Assembly (NCBI GenBank): GCA_902781745.1
Contig: CACZKM010000006.1
Location: 19,192-83,191 of the forward strand
Source of the DNA: Oscillospiraceae bacterium
GTDB taxonomy: Bacteria > Bacillota > Clostridia > Oscillospirales > Oscillospiraceae
Direction of reading: 5' to 3'
Length of the DNA: 64,000 nucleotides
The notes below the pieces were generated by a model. The model was not told where the DNA came from, ran no database searches, and saw nothing but the letters and a program-made list of their open reading frames with translations. The position numbers and the translations under genes are program-made. Positions 29,621 through 38,544 of this stretch are shown here, one piece after another; the first letter of the stretch is position 1; every line of letters starts with the position of its first letter.

Positions 29621-32377
29621 ATGTTTTCCAAGTCCTTTGTCAAGCGCGCCGGCGCCGCGGCCCTCTCCCTGGTAATGGCCGTCTCCCTGGTCCCCTGCGC
29701 GGGAGCGGTGGACCCCCTGGTGGATGAATCCTACTATGGCACCCTGGACTACTACGGGGGGCTCACCGACGGCAGCGTGGTCAAGAGCTACCGCCTCAAC
29801 GGCAACACCGACCTGGCGGACATCGGCAGCTACACCGAGGTCAACAACCTCACCGACCGCACCGAGCCCGAGATCGAGGGGGACCACGTGTACTTCCACC
29901 TCCCCGGCGACGGCCTGAAAAACTTCTACTTCGAGGGCAAGACCGACAAGCCCTACCGGGAGATGCCCTTCCTCATCTCCATCTCCTATAAGATGAACGG
30001 CGCGGCCTGCGACGCCGAGGACATGGCCGGCCAGACCGGTCTGGCTGAGATCACCCTGGACGTGAAGCCCAACCCTGCCGCCTCGGCCTACCAGCGGAAC
30101 AACTTCGCCCTGGAGGCCGCCACCATTCTGAAAGACAGCGACCTGATCTCCATTGAGGCCCCCGGGGGCCAGCTCCAGAAGGTGGGGGACCTGTCCACCG
30201 CCCTCTACCTGGTCCTCCCCGGAGAGACCCGGTCCTTCACCCTGCGGATCGGGTCCGAGAACTTCTCCTTCCCCGGCTTCACCTTCCTCTGCCAGCCCGC
30301 CACCCTGGCCCAGCTGGATCAGATCGCCGAGCTCAAGGAGGCCAAAGAGGAGCTGGAGGGGGCCGCCCGGGACATGAGCGACAGCCTGGACGTCATCCTG
30401 GACAGCCTGGAGGGCATGGACGGGGACCTGGCCCGCACCGCCGACGGCCTGGACCAGCTCAACCGGGCCCGGGGGACCATCTCCGCCGGGAAGGGCCGGG
30501 TGTACACCCAGGCTGACCGCACCCTGGCCGACCTCACCGACCTGGCGGAGGTCCTGAAGCCCGCCGTGGACCACATCCGCACCGCCAAGGAGGCCCTGAC
30601 GGAGAGCACCGACCAGGTCATCGTCCTCACCGAAACCGTGGACGGCCTCCGGCCGGACCTCCAGGACCTGCGCACCGACCTGGTGGCTATCCAGGGGGAC
30701 ATGAACGCCCTCAACGACACCCTGGAGCTCCTGAAGGCCGACGGCCTCACCGCCCAGGACCAGCTTGGGGCCCTGTCCGGGGACCTGGGGGATCTGAACC
30801 TGGACCTGGACCGCTTCAAGGGGGACGTGGGGAACATCGAGAAGAACTTGGGGGACCTGGACCGGGAGCTGGACGACCTGGACGACGATCTGACGACCCT
30901 CCAGGCCGATCTGAAGAAGGTAACCAACCGGTCCGGGGACCTGGAAAGCTCCCTGGACAAGCTGAATCTGAAGAAGCTGAACCTGTCGCCTATTGACTCT
31001 ATCACTATCAACGGTAACGAGTACACCGTACAGAACATCCGAAACACCCATGAGCAGGCATACGGCATCTACTATCTCTGTACCAATCTTCCCACCGGGG
31101 CATTCGATGACAGCAATGATTCCATCCTTTTGACCAAAGAGAACCGGTTCGCCCGGTACCTGCAGGAAAACGCTGAAACGGTGGCCAGAGCCCTTGTGAT
31201 CAGCCAGGGCGGAGAGGCCATCCAAGCGGGCGTAGCCCAGGCCCTGGCCAGCCAGAAACCGCCCGTCACCCCGGACCAGGAAAGGTATCAAGCGATCTTC
31301 CAGCAGGCTTATCTTGCCGAAGTCGAAAAACAGTCTGCGACCTACAAGGAAAAGCTTTCCGATCCCGTTCAGGCCCAGCTTCTCTCCTTCCTCCACTATC
31401 AATGGGATGCCGGCATCAACGTCCAGCAGCAGTTACAGACCTTAAAACAGTTTAACGGCTTCATCCAGAAGGGCACCAAAGAGATCAATTCCTACATCAC
31501 CGCTCTCAACGGCGTCACCGGCGGGACCGCCGATCTGCTGGCCGCTCTGGACACCCTCCTGAACCACGTCAACACCGGGGCCCTGGAGGATGCCCGGACC
31601 CTGCTGGACGACAGCCAGTCCCTCCTGGGCAACGCCCGGACCGCCCTGGACCACACCAAGTCCGCCCTGGACACCGCCGGGACCACCCTGGAGGACGCCC
31701 AGGCTCTGCTGGACACCGGCGGAGCCCTCATCGGGCACCTGACCGCTTACGATAACCAGGCCCTCAACGACCACGCCAACACCCTCTTCGACAATACAGC
31801 GGGGACCATCGACCAACTGGACGCTATCCTGGCCCAGGCCAGCCAGCTCAGCCAGACCGTCACCAAGTACGAGCCCGCCGCCCAGGACGCTCTGACTTCT
31901 GCCCAGCGGCAGATCAACGCCGCCGTGGGCCTCTTGGGGGATCTGAACACCTTCGGCAAGTCCCTGGAGGACCTGATGCGCTCTGCCGGGACCGACCTGG
32001 ACGGGGGCAGCAAGACCGCCCTGGAGAGCCTGTCCTCCACCCTCCGCCGGGCCTCCCGGGGGCTGAACACCACCTCCACCGTCCGCCGGGCCAAGGACAC
32101 CGTCACCCGGCTGGTGGAGGACAAGTGGGAGGAATACACTGGCGGGGAGAACAACCTGCTGAACATGGACAGCCAGGCGGAGAAGGTCTCCCTGACCTCC
32201 CCGGAAAACCCCGTTCCCAACACCATCACGCTGGTGCTCCGGAGCCAGGAGATCAAGACCGACGACGAGGCGGACAGCCGCCAGGCGGCCCGTCAGGCCG
32301 AGAGCGAAAAGCTGGGCTTCTGGGGCCGGGTGGGACGGATGTTCCACGATTTCGTGGCGATCTTCACCGGGGACTGA
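29621..32377 (+). CDS. Secreted long coiled-coil MMPL partner (YhgE/Pip-like heptad-repeat protein)
   Basis: Signal peptide; N-terminal beta domain (ISYKMNG..AGQTG); Leu/Asp heptads; C-terminal SLTSPEN...LRSQEI...GFWGRV tail; 9 bp after MMPL. Confidence 0.8.
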   Translation: MFSKSFVKRAGAAALSLVMAVSLVPCAGAVDPLVDESYYGTLDYYGGLTDGSVVKSYRLNGNTDLADIGSYTEVNNLTDRTEPEIEGDHVYFHLPGDGLKNFYFEGKTDKPYREMPFLISISYKMNGAACDAEDMAGQTGLAEITLDVKPNPAASAYQRNNFALEAATILKDSDLISIEAPGGQLQKVGDLSTALYLVLPGETRSFTLRIGSENFSFPGFTFLCQPATLAQLDQIAELKEAKEELEGAARDMSDSLDVILDSLEGMDGDLARTADGLDQLNRARGTISAGKGRVYTQADRTLADLTDLAEVLKPAVDHIRTAKEALTESTDQVIVLTETVDGLRPDLQDLRTDLVAIQGDMNALNDTLELLKADGLTAQDQLGALSGDLGDLNLDLDRFKGDVGNIEKNLGDLDRELDDLDDDLTTLQADLKKVTNRSGDLESSLDKLNLKKLNLSPIDSITINGNEYTVQNIRNTHEQAYGIYYLCTNLPTGAFDDSNDSILLTKENRFARYLQENAETVARALVISQGGEAIQAGVAQALASQKPPVTPDQERYQAIFQQAYLAEVEKQSATYKEKLSDPVQAQLLSFLHYQWDAGINVQQQLQTLKQFNGFIQKGTKEINSYITALNGVTGGTADLLAALDTLLNHVNTGALEDARTLLDDSQSLLGNARTALDHTKSALDTAGTTLEDAQALLDTGGALIGHLTAYDNQALNDHANTLFDNTAGTIDQLDAILAQASQLSQTVTKYEPAAQDALTSAQRQINAAVGLLGDLNTFGKSLEDLMRSAGTDLDGGSKTALESLSSTLRRASRGLNTTSTVRRAKDTVTRLVEDKWEEYTGGENNLLNMDSQAEKVSLTSPENPVPNTITLVLRSQEIKTDDEADSRQAARQAESEKLGFWGRVGRMFHDFVAIFTGD

Positions 32378-32558
32378 TCCCGATCACGGATCAAATCCCT
32401 GCATCGGGTACGCTGTGCTGTGCGAGGGGCTTTCCCCGCTCTATGCTGAAACCCCGTCTCGTGCAGGCGCCAACGCGCACCGCGACAAAAAACCGCTGGA
32501 AAACCAGAACCGATCGTGGTATGATACAATCAGAACAGAAAGGAAAAGAGGGTTTGCC

Positions 32559-32987
32559 ATGACAAAGATCCTTCTCCCCATCGACGGCAGTCCCCGCAGC
32601 GCCCGCACCGCCGCCATGCTCCGCCAGATGTTCGACCCCAGCGACGTGGAGGTCACCCTTGTCACGGTCATCGTCCGGGAGATCCGGTCCGAGGTCTCCC
32701 AGGAATATGAAAAGGTCTTCCACGCCGAGCAGGCCAAGCTGGACAATATGCGGGACGAGCTCCCCCTGTACACCGTCAAGACCAAGATCCTGGCGGGCGC
32801 CCCGGGGCCGGAGATCGTCCGGTACGCCGAGAGCCACGACATCGACATTATCATGATGACCCGGTCCAGCCGGGGGCCCCTGCGCAGGATGGGCTCCGTG
32901 GCCACCTACATCGTGAAGAAGGCCCCCTACATCGACCTGATCATCATGCACGAGGCCCATGAGAGCAAGGAAGAGGCCGCGGAATAG
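32559..32987 (+). CDS. Universal stress protein
   Basis: KILLPIDGS, GAPGPEIVRYA, DIIMM, MGSVATYIV. Confidence 0.92.
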   Translation: MTKILLPIDGSPRSARTAAMLRQMFDPSDVEVTLVTVIVREIRSEVSQEYEKVFHAEQAKLDNMRDELPLYTVKTKILAGAPGPEIVRYAESHDIDIIMMTRSSRGPLRRMGSVATYIVKKAPYIDLIIMHEAHESKEEAAE

Positions 32988-33000
32988 GATACGATAAAAC

Positions 33001-33240
33001 AAGGGGCCGTTGCAAAAGGTGAAAAGCGCCCTCTCCGTCACGGCTTCGCCGTGCCACAGTTTCTGTGGTTGCTTCGCTTTATCTTATCAAACTGTCCCCC
33101 GGACAGTTTGACTCCCGGAGGGAGAGGCAAGATTTAATGCCTTGTCTGCGAAGTTGCACTAAACTCTTGGCTCTCCCTCTGGGAGAGCTGGCATTCGCGA
33201 AGCGAATGACTGAGAGGGCGTCCTTTTGCAACGGCCCCTT
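33001..33240. mobile_element. MITE-like element with perfect 19-bp TIR enclosing an inverted REP-like doublet
   Basis: AAGGGGCCGTTGCAAAAGG 33001-33019 / CCTTTTGCAACGGCCCCTT 33222-33240; internal CCCTCT..GTCA..GCTTCGC..TGCCA..CTCCC..AGGGAGAG units. Confidence 0.75.
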
Positions 33241-33249
33241 TGCTTTTCA

Positions 33250-33903
33250 TCAGTCGTCCCAGTCAGGCAGGTCTCTGTCCTCTTCCAGAACGGCCCCCGT
33301 CCGGGCGTCGATGGTATACTCATACTCGACACCGCCGGCGGTATAGAACTCGATCTCGTAGACCGGCACGCAGTCCTCCCGGTCCTGCTTGGCCTTGGTG
33401 AAGGTGACCTCGCCGACGCTCAGACCCGCCCGGGTCAGCGCGATGGTCTTGGCTTTCTCCACACCGAGGTACGCGGCGTCCCCGGCCTTCTTCTCCGGCT
33501 GTCTCTTGGGTGCGGACGGGGCCGCAGGCTTGACAGCGGCGCGGTTCCAGTCGTCCTCGATCTCCTGCTGCAGCTCCAGCACCTGGCCGGTCCGGGCATC
33601 CAGTGTGAGATCATATTCCACCCGGTCTCCGGTGAGGAACTCCACCTCATAGACCCGGCGTCCGTCCTCCCAGGTCAGCTTCAGGGTGCGCATCTGCACG
33701 GTCTCCGCAGACTGTCCGGTCCGTTCCAGGGCGATGGCTTTGGCCCGCTCTGTGCCGATGACCGCCACGGTGCTCCGCTCTCTCGCCAAGTACCAGTGCC
33801 GCTTTTCCAGCTTGCCGCCTCGTTCCGCAGCATAGGCCGAAATGCTTCCAACGGCCATGACGCACACCAGGGACAGGGCCAGGATCATTGTCTTCTTTTT
33901 CAT
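33250..33903 (-). CDS. Secreted protein with two PepSY domains
   Basis: Signal peptide; two xAKxIAL...YExEF...YxxxxDARTGxVL repeats; RBS AAGGAGG. Confidence 0.92.
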   Translation of the reverse strand: MKKKTMILALSLVCVMAVGSISAYAAERGGKLEKRHWYLARERSTVAVIGTERAKAIALERTGQSAETVQMRTLKLTWEDGRRVYEVEFLTGDRVEYDLTLDARTGQVLELQQEIEDDWNRAAVKPAAPSAPKRQPEKKAGDAAYLGVEKAKTIALTRAGLSVGEVTFTKAKQDREDCVPVYEIEFYTAGGVEYEYTIDARTGAVLEEDRDLPDWDD

Positions 33904-33944
33904 CGGGATCCCTCCTTTGGTCTCCATAGGGGTTTGCTGCAGCC

Positions 33945-34317
33945 TCACTTTAGCATCGGAACATTAGAGGAAGATGAGAAGGCCGCCGGCGTTGGAAAAC
34001 GGACCGAAAAAACGCTGCCCGCGCCCGGCCGGCTCTCCAGGGAGACCGCCGCCCCGTGGAGCTCCGCGATCTGCCGGACCATGGACAGGCCCAGTCCCGT
34101 CCCCGGGACGGTCCGAGCGGCGTCCCCGCGATAAAACCGGTCAAAGATCTTCTCCTGCTCCTCCAAGGGGATCCCCGGCCCGTCGTCCGCCACGGACAGG
34201 ACCGCTGTCCCGTCCTCCGCCCGAACCAGGGCCACCCGGACCCGGACCGCCGGACCGCCATGGCGAAAGGCGTTGCCGATTCAGATCCCGCTCGTCCTCC
34301 GCCAGTAAAATGCGCAT
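33945..34317 (-). pseudogene. Deleted two-component system: first 14 codons of an OmpR-type regulator joined out of frame to the HATPase C-terminus of a histidine kinase
   Basis: MRILLAEDERDLNR (RBS AAGGAG) then IGNAFRH...VADDGPGIP...IFDRFYR...GTGLGLS...GSVF in another frame. Confidence 0.88.
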
Positions 34318-34365
34318 GAATGACACTCCTTTCCGGGCTCCGGCTCCCTCGCCGCCCGCTGTTCC

Positions 34366-34429
34366 TTAAGGCATCCCCGCACAATGCATGGCGCGCTTCG
34401 CATACCGGGATTGTGCGGGAATGCCTTAA
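34366..34429. repeat. Short palindromic repeat; related copy at 60687-60749
   Basis: TTAAGGCATCCCCGCACAAT...ATTGTGCGGGAATGCCTTAA; shares CCGCACAAT.CATGGC.CGC and CGGGAATGCC with 60687-60749. Confidence 0.65.
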
Positions 34430-34480
34430 AAAACAAGGCCACTCCCATCGGAGCGGCCTTGCAATCGTTAACCCTGCGAA

Positions 34481-35332
34481 TTATTCGTAATCATAGAAGC
34501 CCTTGCCGGACTTGCGGCCCAGACGGCCGGCCCGGTAGAGGACCTTGTACAGGTGCGCGGGACGATACTTGGAGTCGGCGGTCTCCTGGTACAGGGACTC
34601 CATGACGCTGATCATCACGTCGATGCCGATGGCGTCGGCCAGCTTCAGGGGACCCATGGGCTGGTTGTAGCCCAGCTCGCAGGCCTTGTCGATGTCCTCG
34701 TAGGAGCAGACGTTCTCGCCGGCCAGGATGGCGGCCTCGTTCATCATGGGGCACATGACGCGGTTGGCGATGAACATGGGCACGTCGGAGACGGTGACGA
34801 ACTCCTTGCCGAAGCCCTTGGCGATGGCCTTGCCGGTCTCGATGGTGTCCTCGGAGGTGTCGTAGGCGTTGATGATCTCCACCAGCTTCATGGCGGGCAC
34901 GGGGCTGAAGAAGTGCATGCCCAGGAACTTGGCGGGGCGGCCGGAGGCGGCAGCCAGCTCGGTGATGCTCAGGGAGGAGGTGTTGGACACGAACACGGCC
35001 TCGGGCTTGATGACGCCGGCCATCTTCTCGAAGGCGTCCTTCTTCAGGTCCATGTTCTCCACCATGGCCTCAAAGACGATGTCCACGTCGGCCAGGTCCT
35101 CCAGGGTGGTGGTGGCCTTCAGGTGGGAGAGCCACTCGGTCTTCTGGGCCTCGTCGATCTTGCCCTTGGCGATCTTCTTGTCAAAGTTCTTGTTGATGCC
35201 GGCCACGCCCTTCTCCAGGGTGGGGGTGCGGTGGTTGTAGAGGACCACGTCGTAACCGCCCTCCAGAGCAACCTGGGCGATCCCTCTGCCCATAGAACCT
35301 GCGCCGTACACGCCAACAGTCTTAACTTCCAT
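34481..35332 (-). CDS. hbd: 3-hydroxyacyl(butyryl)-CoA dehydrogenase
   Basis: GAGSMGRGIAQ, SNTSSLSI, GMHFFSPVP, PMGPL, GRLGRKSGKGFY. Confidence 0.9.
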   Translation of the reverse strand: MEVKTVGVYGAGSMGRGIAQVALEGGYDVVLYNHRTPTLEKGVAGINKNFDKKIAKGKIDEAQKTEWLSHLKATTTLEDLADVDIVFEAMVENMDLKKDAFEKMAGVIKPEAVFVSNTSSLSITELAAASGRPAKFLGMHFFSPVPAMKLVEIINAYDTSEDTIETGKAIAKGFGKEFVTVSDVPMFIANRVMCPMMNEAAILAGENVCSYEDIDKACELGYNQPMGPLKLADAIGIDVMISVMESLYQETADSKYRPAHLYKVLYRAGRLGRKSGKGFYDYE

Positions 35333-35787
35333 GATTGTGCAACTCCTTCTCCATGTTTGTGGATGATTATTTTTTAATGCGCGGACGAACGGTTCCGCGC
35401 GGCTTGATCAGTGACGGATAAGGCGGAGCGTGAAATTACCGCCATTATCACGATGTCTGCCCTATCTTACAGGAATATCGCCCCGCCGTCAAGTGCTGAT
35501 TCTTTAATTTTCACAAGTTTTCCTTCATTATTTCCACCTCCCATGGTGTTTTCCACGGAAAGGTGGCGGAAGGATGTCAGAATACCGGAAAAACAGTAGT
35601 TTCTGTATAGTAATATTTATGGGGAAAATCATCAATATACGGTATGTGCCCTCTGCTTTCTTATGCTATAATAGTTTCTGTAGAAGTTGCCCCGTATGGT
35701 ACGTGTTACCGCGGGCATCCTTCTCATGCCTGCGGTAATATGTTGAAATCATGTTACTGAAAAACTTTTATACTGGAGGAATTTATT

Positions 35788-37014
35788 ATGGACTTTTTAC
35801 TGAATGAAGACCAGCAGATGATCCACGACCTCGCGCAGCAGTTCGCTCAGGACGTTCTGCAGCCCCGTATCGACGAGATCGAAGAAGGCGTTGACGTCCA
35901 GGTCAAGGACGGCACCATGCAGAAGCAGCTGCCCCAGGACATCTATCAGCAGATGGCCGAGTGCGGCTTCATGGGCATCTCCTTCCCCGAGGAGTATGAC
36001 GGCATGGGCATGGGCCACCTGGAGCAGGCCATCATCATCAAGGAACTCTCCCGCGTGTCCCCCTCCGTCGGCAAGGCGCTGGACGTGTACATCCTGGGCC
36101 TCGAGGCTCTGGACCTGTATGCCAACGATGAGCAGAAGAAGAAGTGGCTGGCTCCCTGCTGCCGCGGCGAGCAGACCGTCTCCTTCGCTTTCACCGAGCC
36201 CGACACCGGTTCCGACCCCAAGATGCTGAAGACCCGTCTGGAGAAGCAGGCTGACGGCACCTACAAGGTCAACGGCGTCAAGCGCTTCATCTCCAACGCC
36301 GGCTATGACGGCCCCTGCGTCCTGTTCGGCCTGCTGAAGGACGAGGAGAGCGGCAAGGACCTGGTCACCGGCTTCGTCGTTGAGAAGTTCTGCCAGGGCT
36401 ACTCCGTCTCCTCCCCCTGGGAGAAGATCGGCTATCACGGCTCCCACGTCTGGGACATCTTCCTGGATGACGTGATCATCACCGACGAGAACATCCTGGG
36501 CAAGCCCGGCGACGGCTTCACTCAGCTGCTGGGTACCACCGCTTACGGCAAGCTGGGCTTCACCGCCGTGTTCACCGGTACCGCTCTGGGCGCCGCTGAC
36601 ATCGCTCTGAACTACTGCCAGGAGAAGCTGCATCGCGGCAAGCCCATCACCAAGTTCCCCACCACTCAGCTGCGTCTGTCCACCATGCTGACCTATGCGC
36701 ACACTGCCGAGCTGCTGCTGCTGGAGGCTGCTGACTTCTGCGACAAGCATCACTTCGAGCCCGACGACATCGCCACCATGCGCGAGGTCCAGGCTCACAC
36801 CGCGCAGGCCAAGGGCTATGCCGCCGAGACCGCCACGAAGGTCGCCACCATGGCCGTCAACGCCATGGGCGCCTATGGTGTCTGCGACGAGTATCAGGCT
36901 GAGCGCTTCGTCCGTGACGCCGCCATCGCCCCCAACATCGAGGGTGCCGGCGACATCCAGTACCTCATCCACGGCATGTATGTTGGCGCCAACGGCAACA
37001 CCGTGTTCCACTAA
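35788..37014 (+). CDS. Acyl-CoA dehydrogenase
   Basis: FAFTEPDTGSD, NGVKRFISN, KIG, MGAYG, IEG (catalytic Glu). Confidence 0.93.
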   Translation: MDFLLNEDQQMIHDLAQQFAQDVLQPRIDEIEEGVDVQVKDGTMQKQLPQDIYQQMAECGFMGISFPEEYDGMGMGHLEQAIIIKELSRVSPSVGKALDVYILGLEALDLYANDEQKKKWLAPCCRGEQTVSFAFTEPDTGSDPKMLKTRLEKQADGTYKVNGVKRFISNAGYDGPCVLFGLLKDEESGKDLVTGFVVEKFCQGYSVSSPWEKIGYHGSHVWDIFLDDVIITDENILGKPGDGFTQLLGTTAYGKLGFTAVFTGTALGAADIALNYCQEKLHRGKPITKFPTTQLRLSTMLTYAHTAELLLLEAADFCDKHHFEPDDIATMREVQAHTAQAKGYAAETATKVATMAVNAMGAYGVCDEYQAERFVRDAAIAPNIEGAGDIQYLIHGMYVGANGNTVFH

Positions 37015-37133
37015 TTCGCCAACTGCCGCGTAAGATTACCTACGTTTGAATGACTTCGTCGTCCGGCCCACTCGGGGCCGGACGCCGGGTCTTAGGTCTT
37101 TGACCTAAATATTTTAATGGAGGATTGATTACT

Positions 37134-38003
37134 ATGAAACCCAATTATCCTGCTGCTCGTCCCCTGCCTTCCTATGAGAACCTGCTGCTCGAGATGGTCG
37201 AGCCCAACATCCTGAAGGTTACCCTGAACAGACCCAAGGCTTACAACGCTCTGTCCCACGGCCTGGTTTCCGATCTGATCAACCTGTCCCAGTGGCTGGT
37301 CGATGAGTATTACAACATCCGCGTCGTCCTGCTGTATGGCGGCGACGAGTCCAAGGGCTTCTGCGCCGGCCTGGACGTCAAGCAGGGTCTGGACGAGTAC
37401 GAGCAGACCGTCCCCGGCTTCTATCACTATCAGGTCAAGCTGGGCGAGCTGGAGATGTATATGTCCAAGACTCCTCAGCCCTGGATCGCTCTGATCGACA
37501 ACGTGTCCGCTGGCGGCGGCTTCTCCCTGGCTATGGTCTCTGACATCCGTGTCTGCACCAAGACCGCTCGCTTCTCCTGCTTCTATGCCAACGTCGGCAT
37601 CGGCGGCTGCGACATGTCCTCCTCCTACTTCCTGCCCCGCCTGATCGGCACCGGCCGTGCTTTCGAGATGATGCTGACCGGTAACTTCATCAACGCTGAC
37701 GAGGCTTGGAACCTGGGCCTGGTGTCCAAGGTTGTTGAGGATCGTCCCGCTCTGATCCCCGCTGGCCTGGAGCTGGCCCGCGTGATCGCTGCCAAGGATC
37801 CCATGGCTGTCCGCCTGACCAAGGAAGCTATGCGCGCCAACGTCGACGCTGCCGGCTTCGACAACGCCCTGCAGGTCGAGAACCGCAACCAGACCCTGAT
37901 GATCGCCCACAACGTGAACAAGGACGCTTCTCAGGACCCCATCGGCAAGTATTGGATCGAGGATCGTGTGACCGATCCCATGAATCCCACCGGCGCCAAC
38001 TAA
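37134..38003 (+). CDS. Enoyl-CoA hydratase/isomerase
   Basis: LNRPKAYNAL, FCAGLD, AGGGFSL, LPRLIG, EAWNLGLV; RBS GGAGG; terminator 38039-38070. Confidence 0.92.
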   Translation: MKPNYPAARPLPSYENLLLEMVEPNILKVTLNRPKAYNALSHGLVSDLINLSQWLVDEYYNIRVVLLYGGDESKGFCAGLDVKQGLDEYEQTVPGFYHYQVKLGELEMYMSKTPQPWIALIDNVSAGGGFSLAMVSDIRVCTKTARFSCFYANVGIGGCDMSSSYFLPRLIGTGRAFEMMLTGNFINADEAWNLGLVSKVVEDRPALIPAGLELARVIAAKDPMAVRLTKEAMRANVDAAGFDNALQVENRNQTLMIAHNVNKDASQDPIGKYWIEDRVTDPMNPTGAN

Positions 38004-38091
38004 TTCTTACCACTCGTAAGATCGCGGTTTAACGCATGAAAACGCCCCGGCTTCGGCCGGGGCGTTTTTTGTCGTTCGGTGTTTCCGGACT

Positions 38092-38430
38092 TCATGGCCT
38101 GAAGCCAAATTTCCGAAGGACCTCCACCGCCTGGGCAGCAAAATCCGCATTGGCTCCCAAACTGATGTTGAAGAGGCCCTCTCCGCCGCCGGAGCCCACG
38201 ATGGAAGCCGTGCGCCTGTCCTCCCAGGCGGTCAGCATCACGGTGAGGCTGGCGTAGCTTCCGTTGCGCCAATAATAGCGCTCGAAAGACAGAAGAAGCG
38301 CCTCTCCCTCCCCCAGGCTCTGCCGGTCCTCCAGCAGAAGGTCCCCGCCGATGGCCGACTTCAGCGCCGCCGCCACCTCGGACAGGGTGACTTCGCTGTA
38401 ACACTGTAAGGTCCGCGTCGTTCCGCTCAT
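38092..38430 (-). CDS. Small conserved protein (DUF6054-like)
   Basis: FERYYWRNGSYASLTV...GSGGGEG...GANADF; RBS GGAGGAG. Confidence 0.75.
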   Translation of the reverse strand: MSGTTRTLQCYSEVTLSEVAAALKSAIGGDLLLEDRQSLGEGEALLLSFERYYWRNGSYASLTVMLTAWEDRRTASIVGSGGGEGLFNISLGANADFAAQAVEVLRKFGFRP

Positions 38431-38544
38431 GGTCTTCTCCTCCCTTTTGGGGTTTTGGAAAGAGTATATCAGATCTCTCCCGGTTTTACAATCGGTTCGA
38501 TCTGTGGTACACTGTCACCAATGAATCCAAGGATGTGAGGCTTA

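Noticed and set aside
34141-34326. Programmed frameshift producing a regulator-kinase fusion
   Set aside because: No slippery sequence, and the product would lack the phospho-acceptor Asp and the HisKA domain; a deletion explains it better
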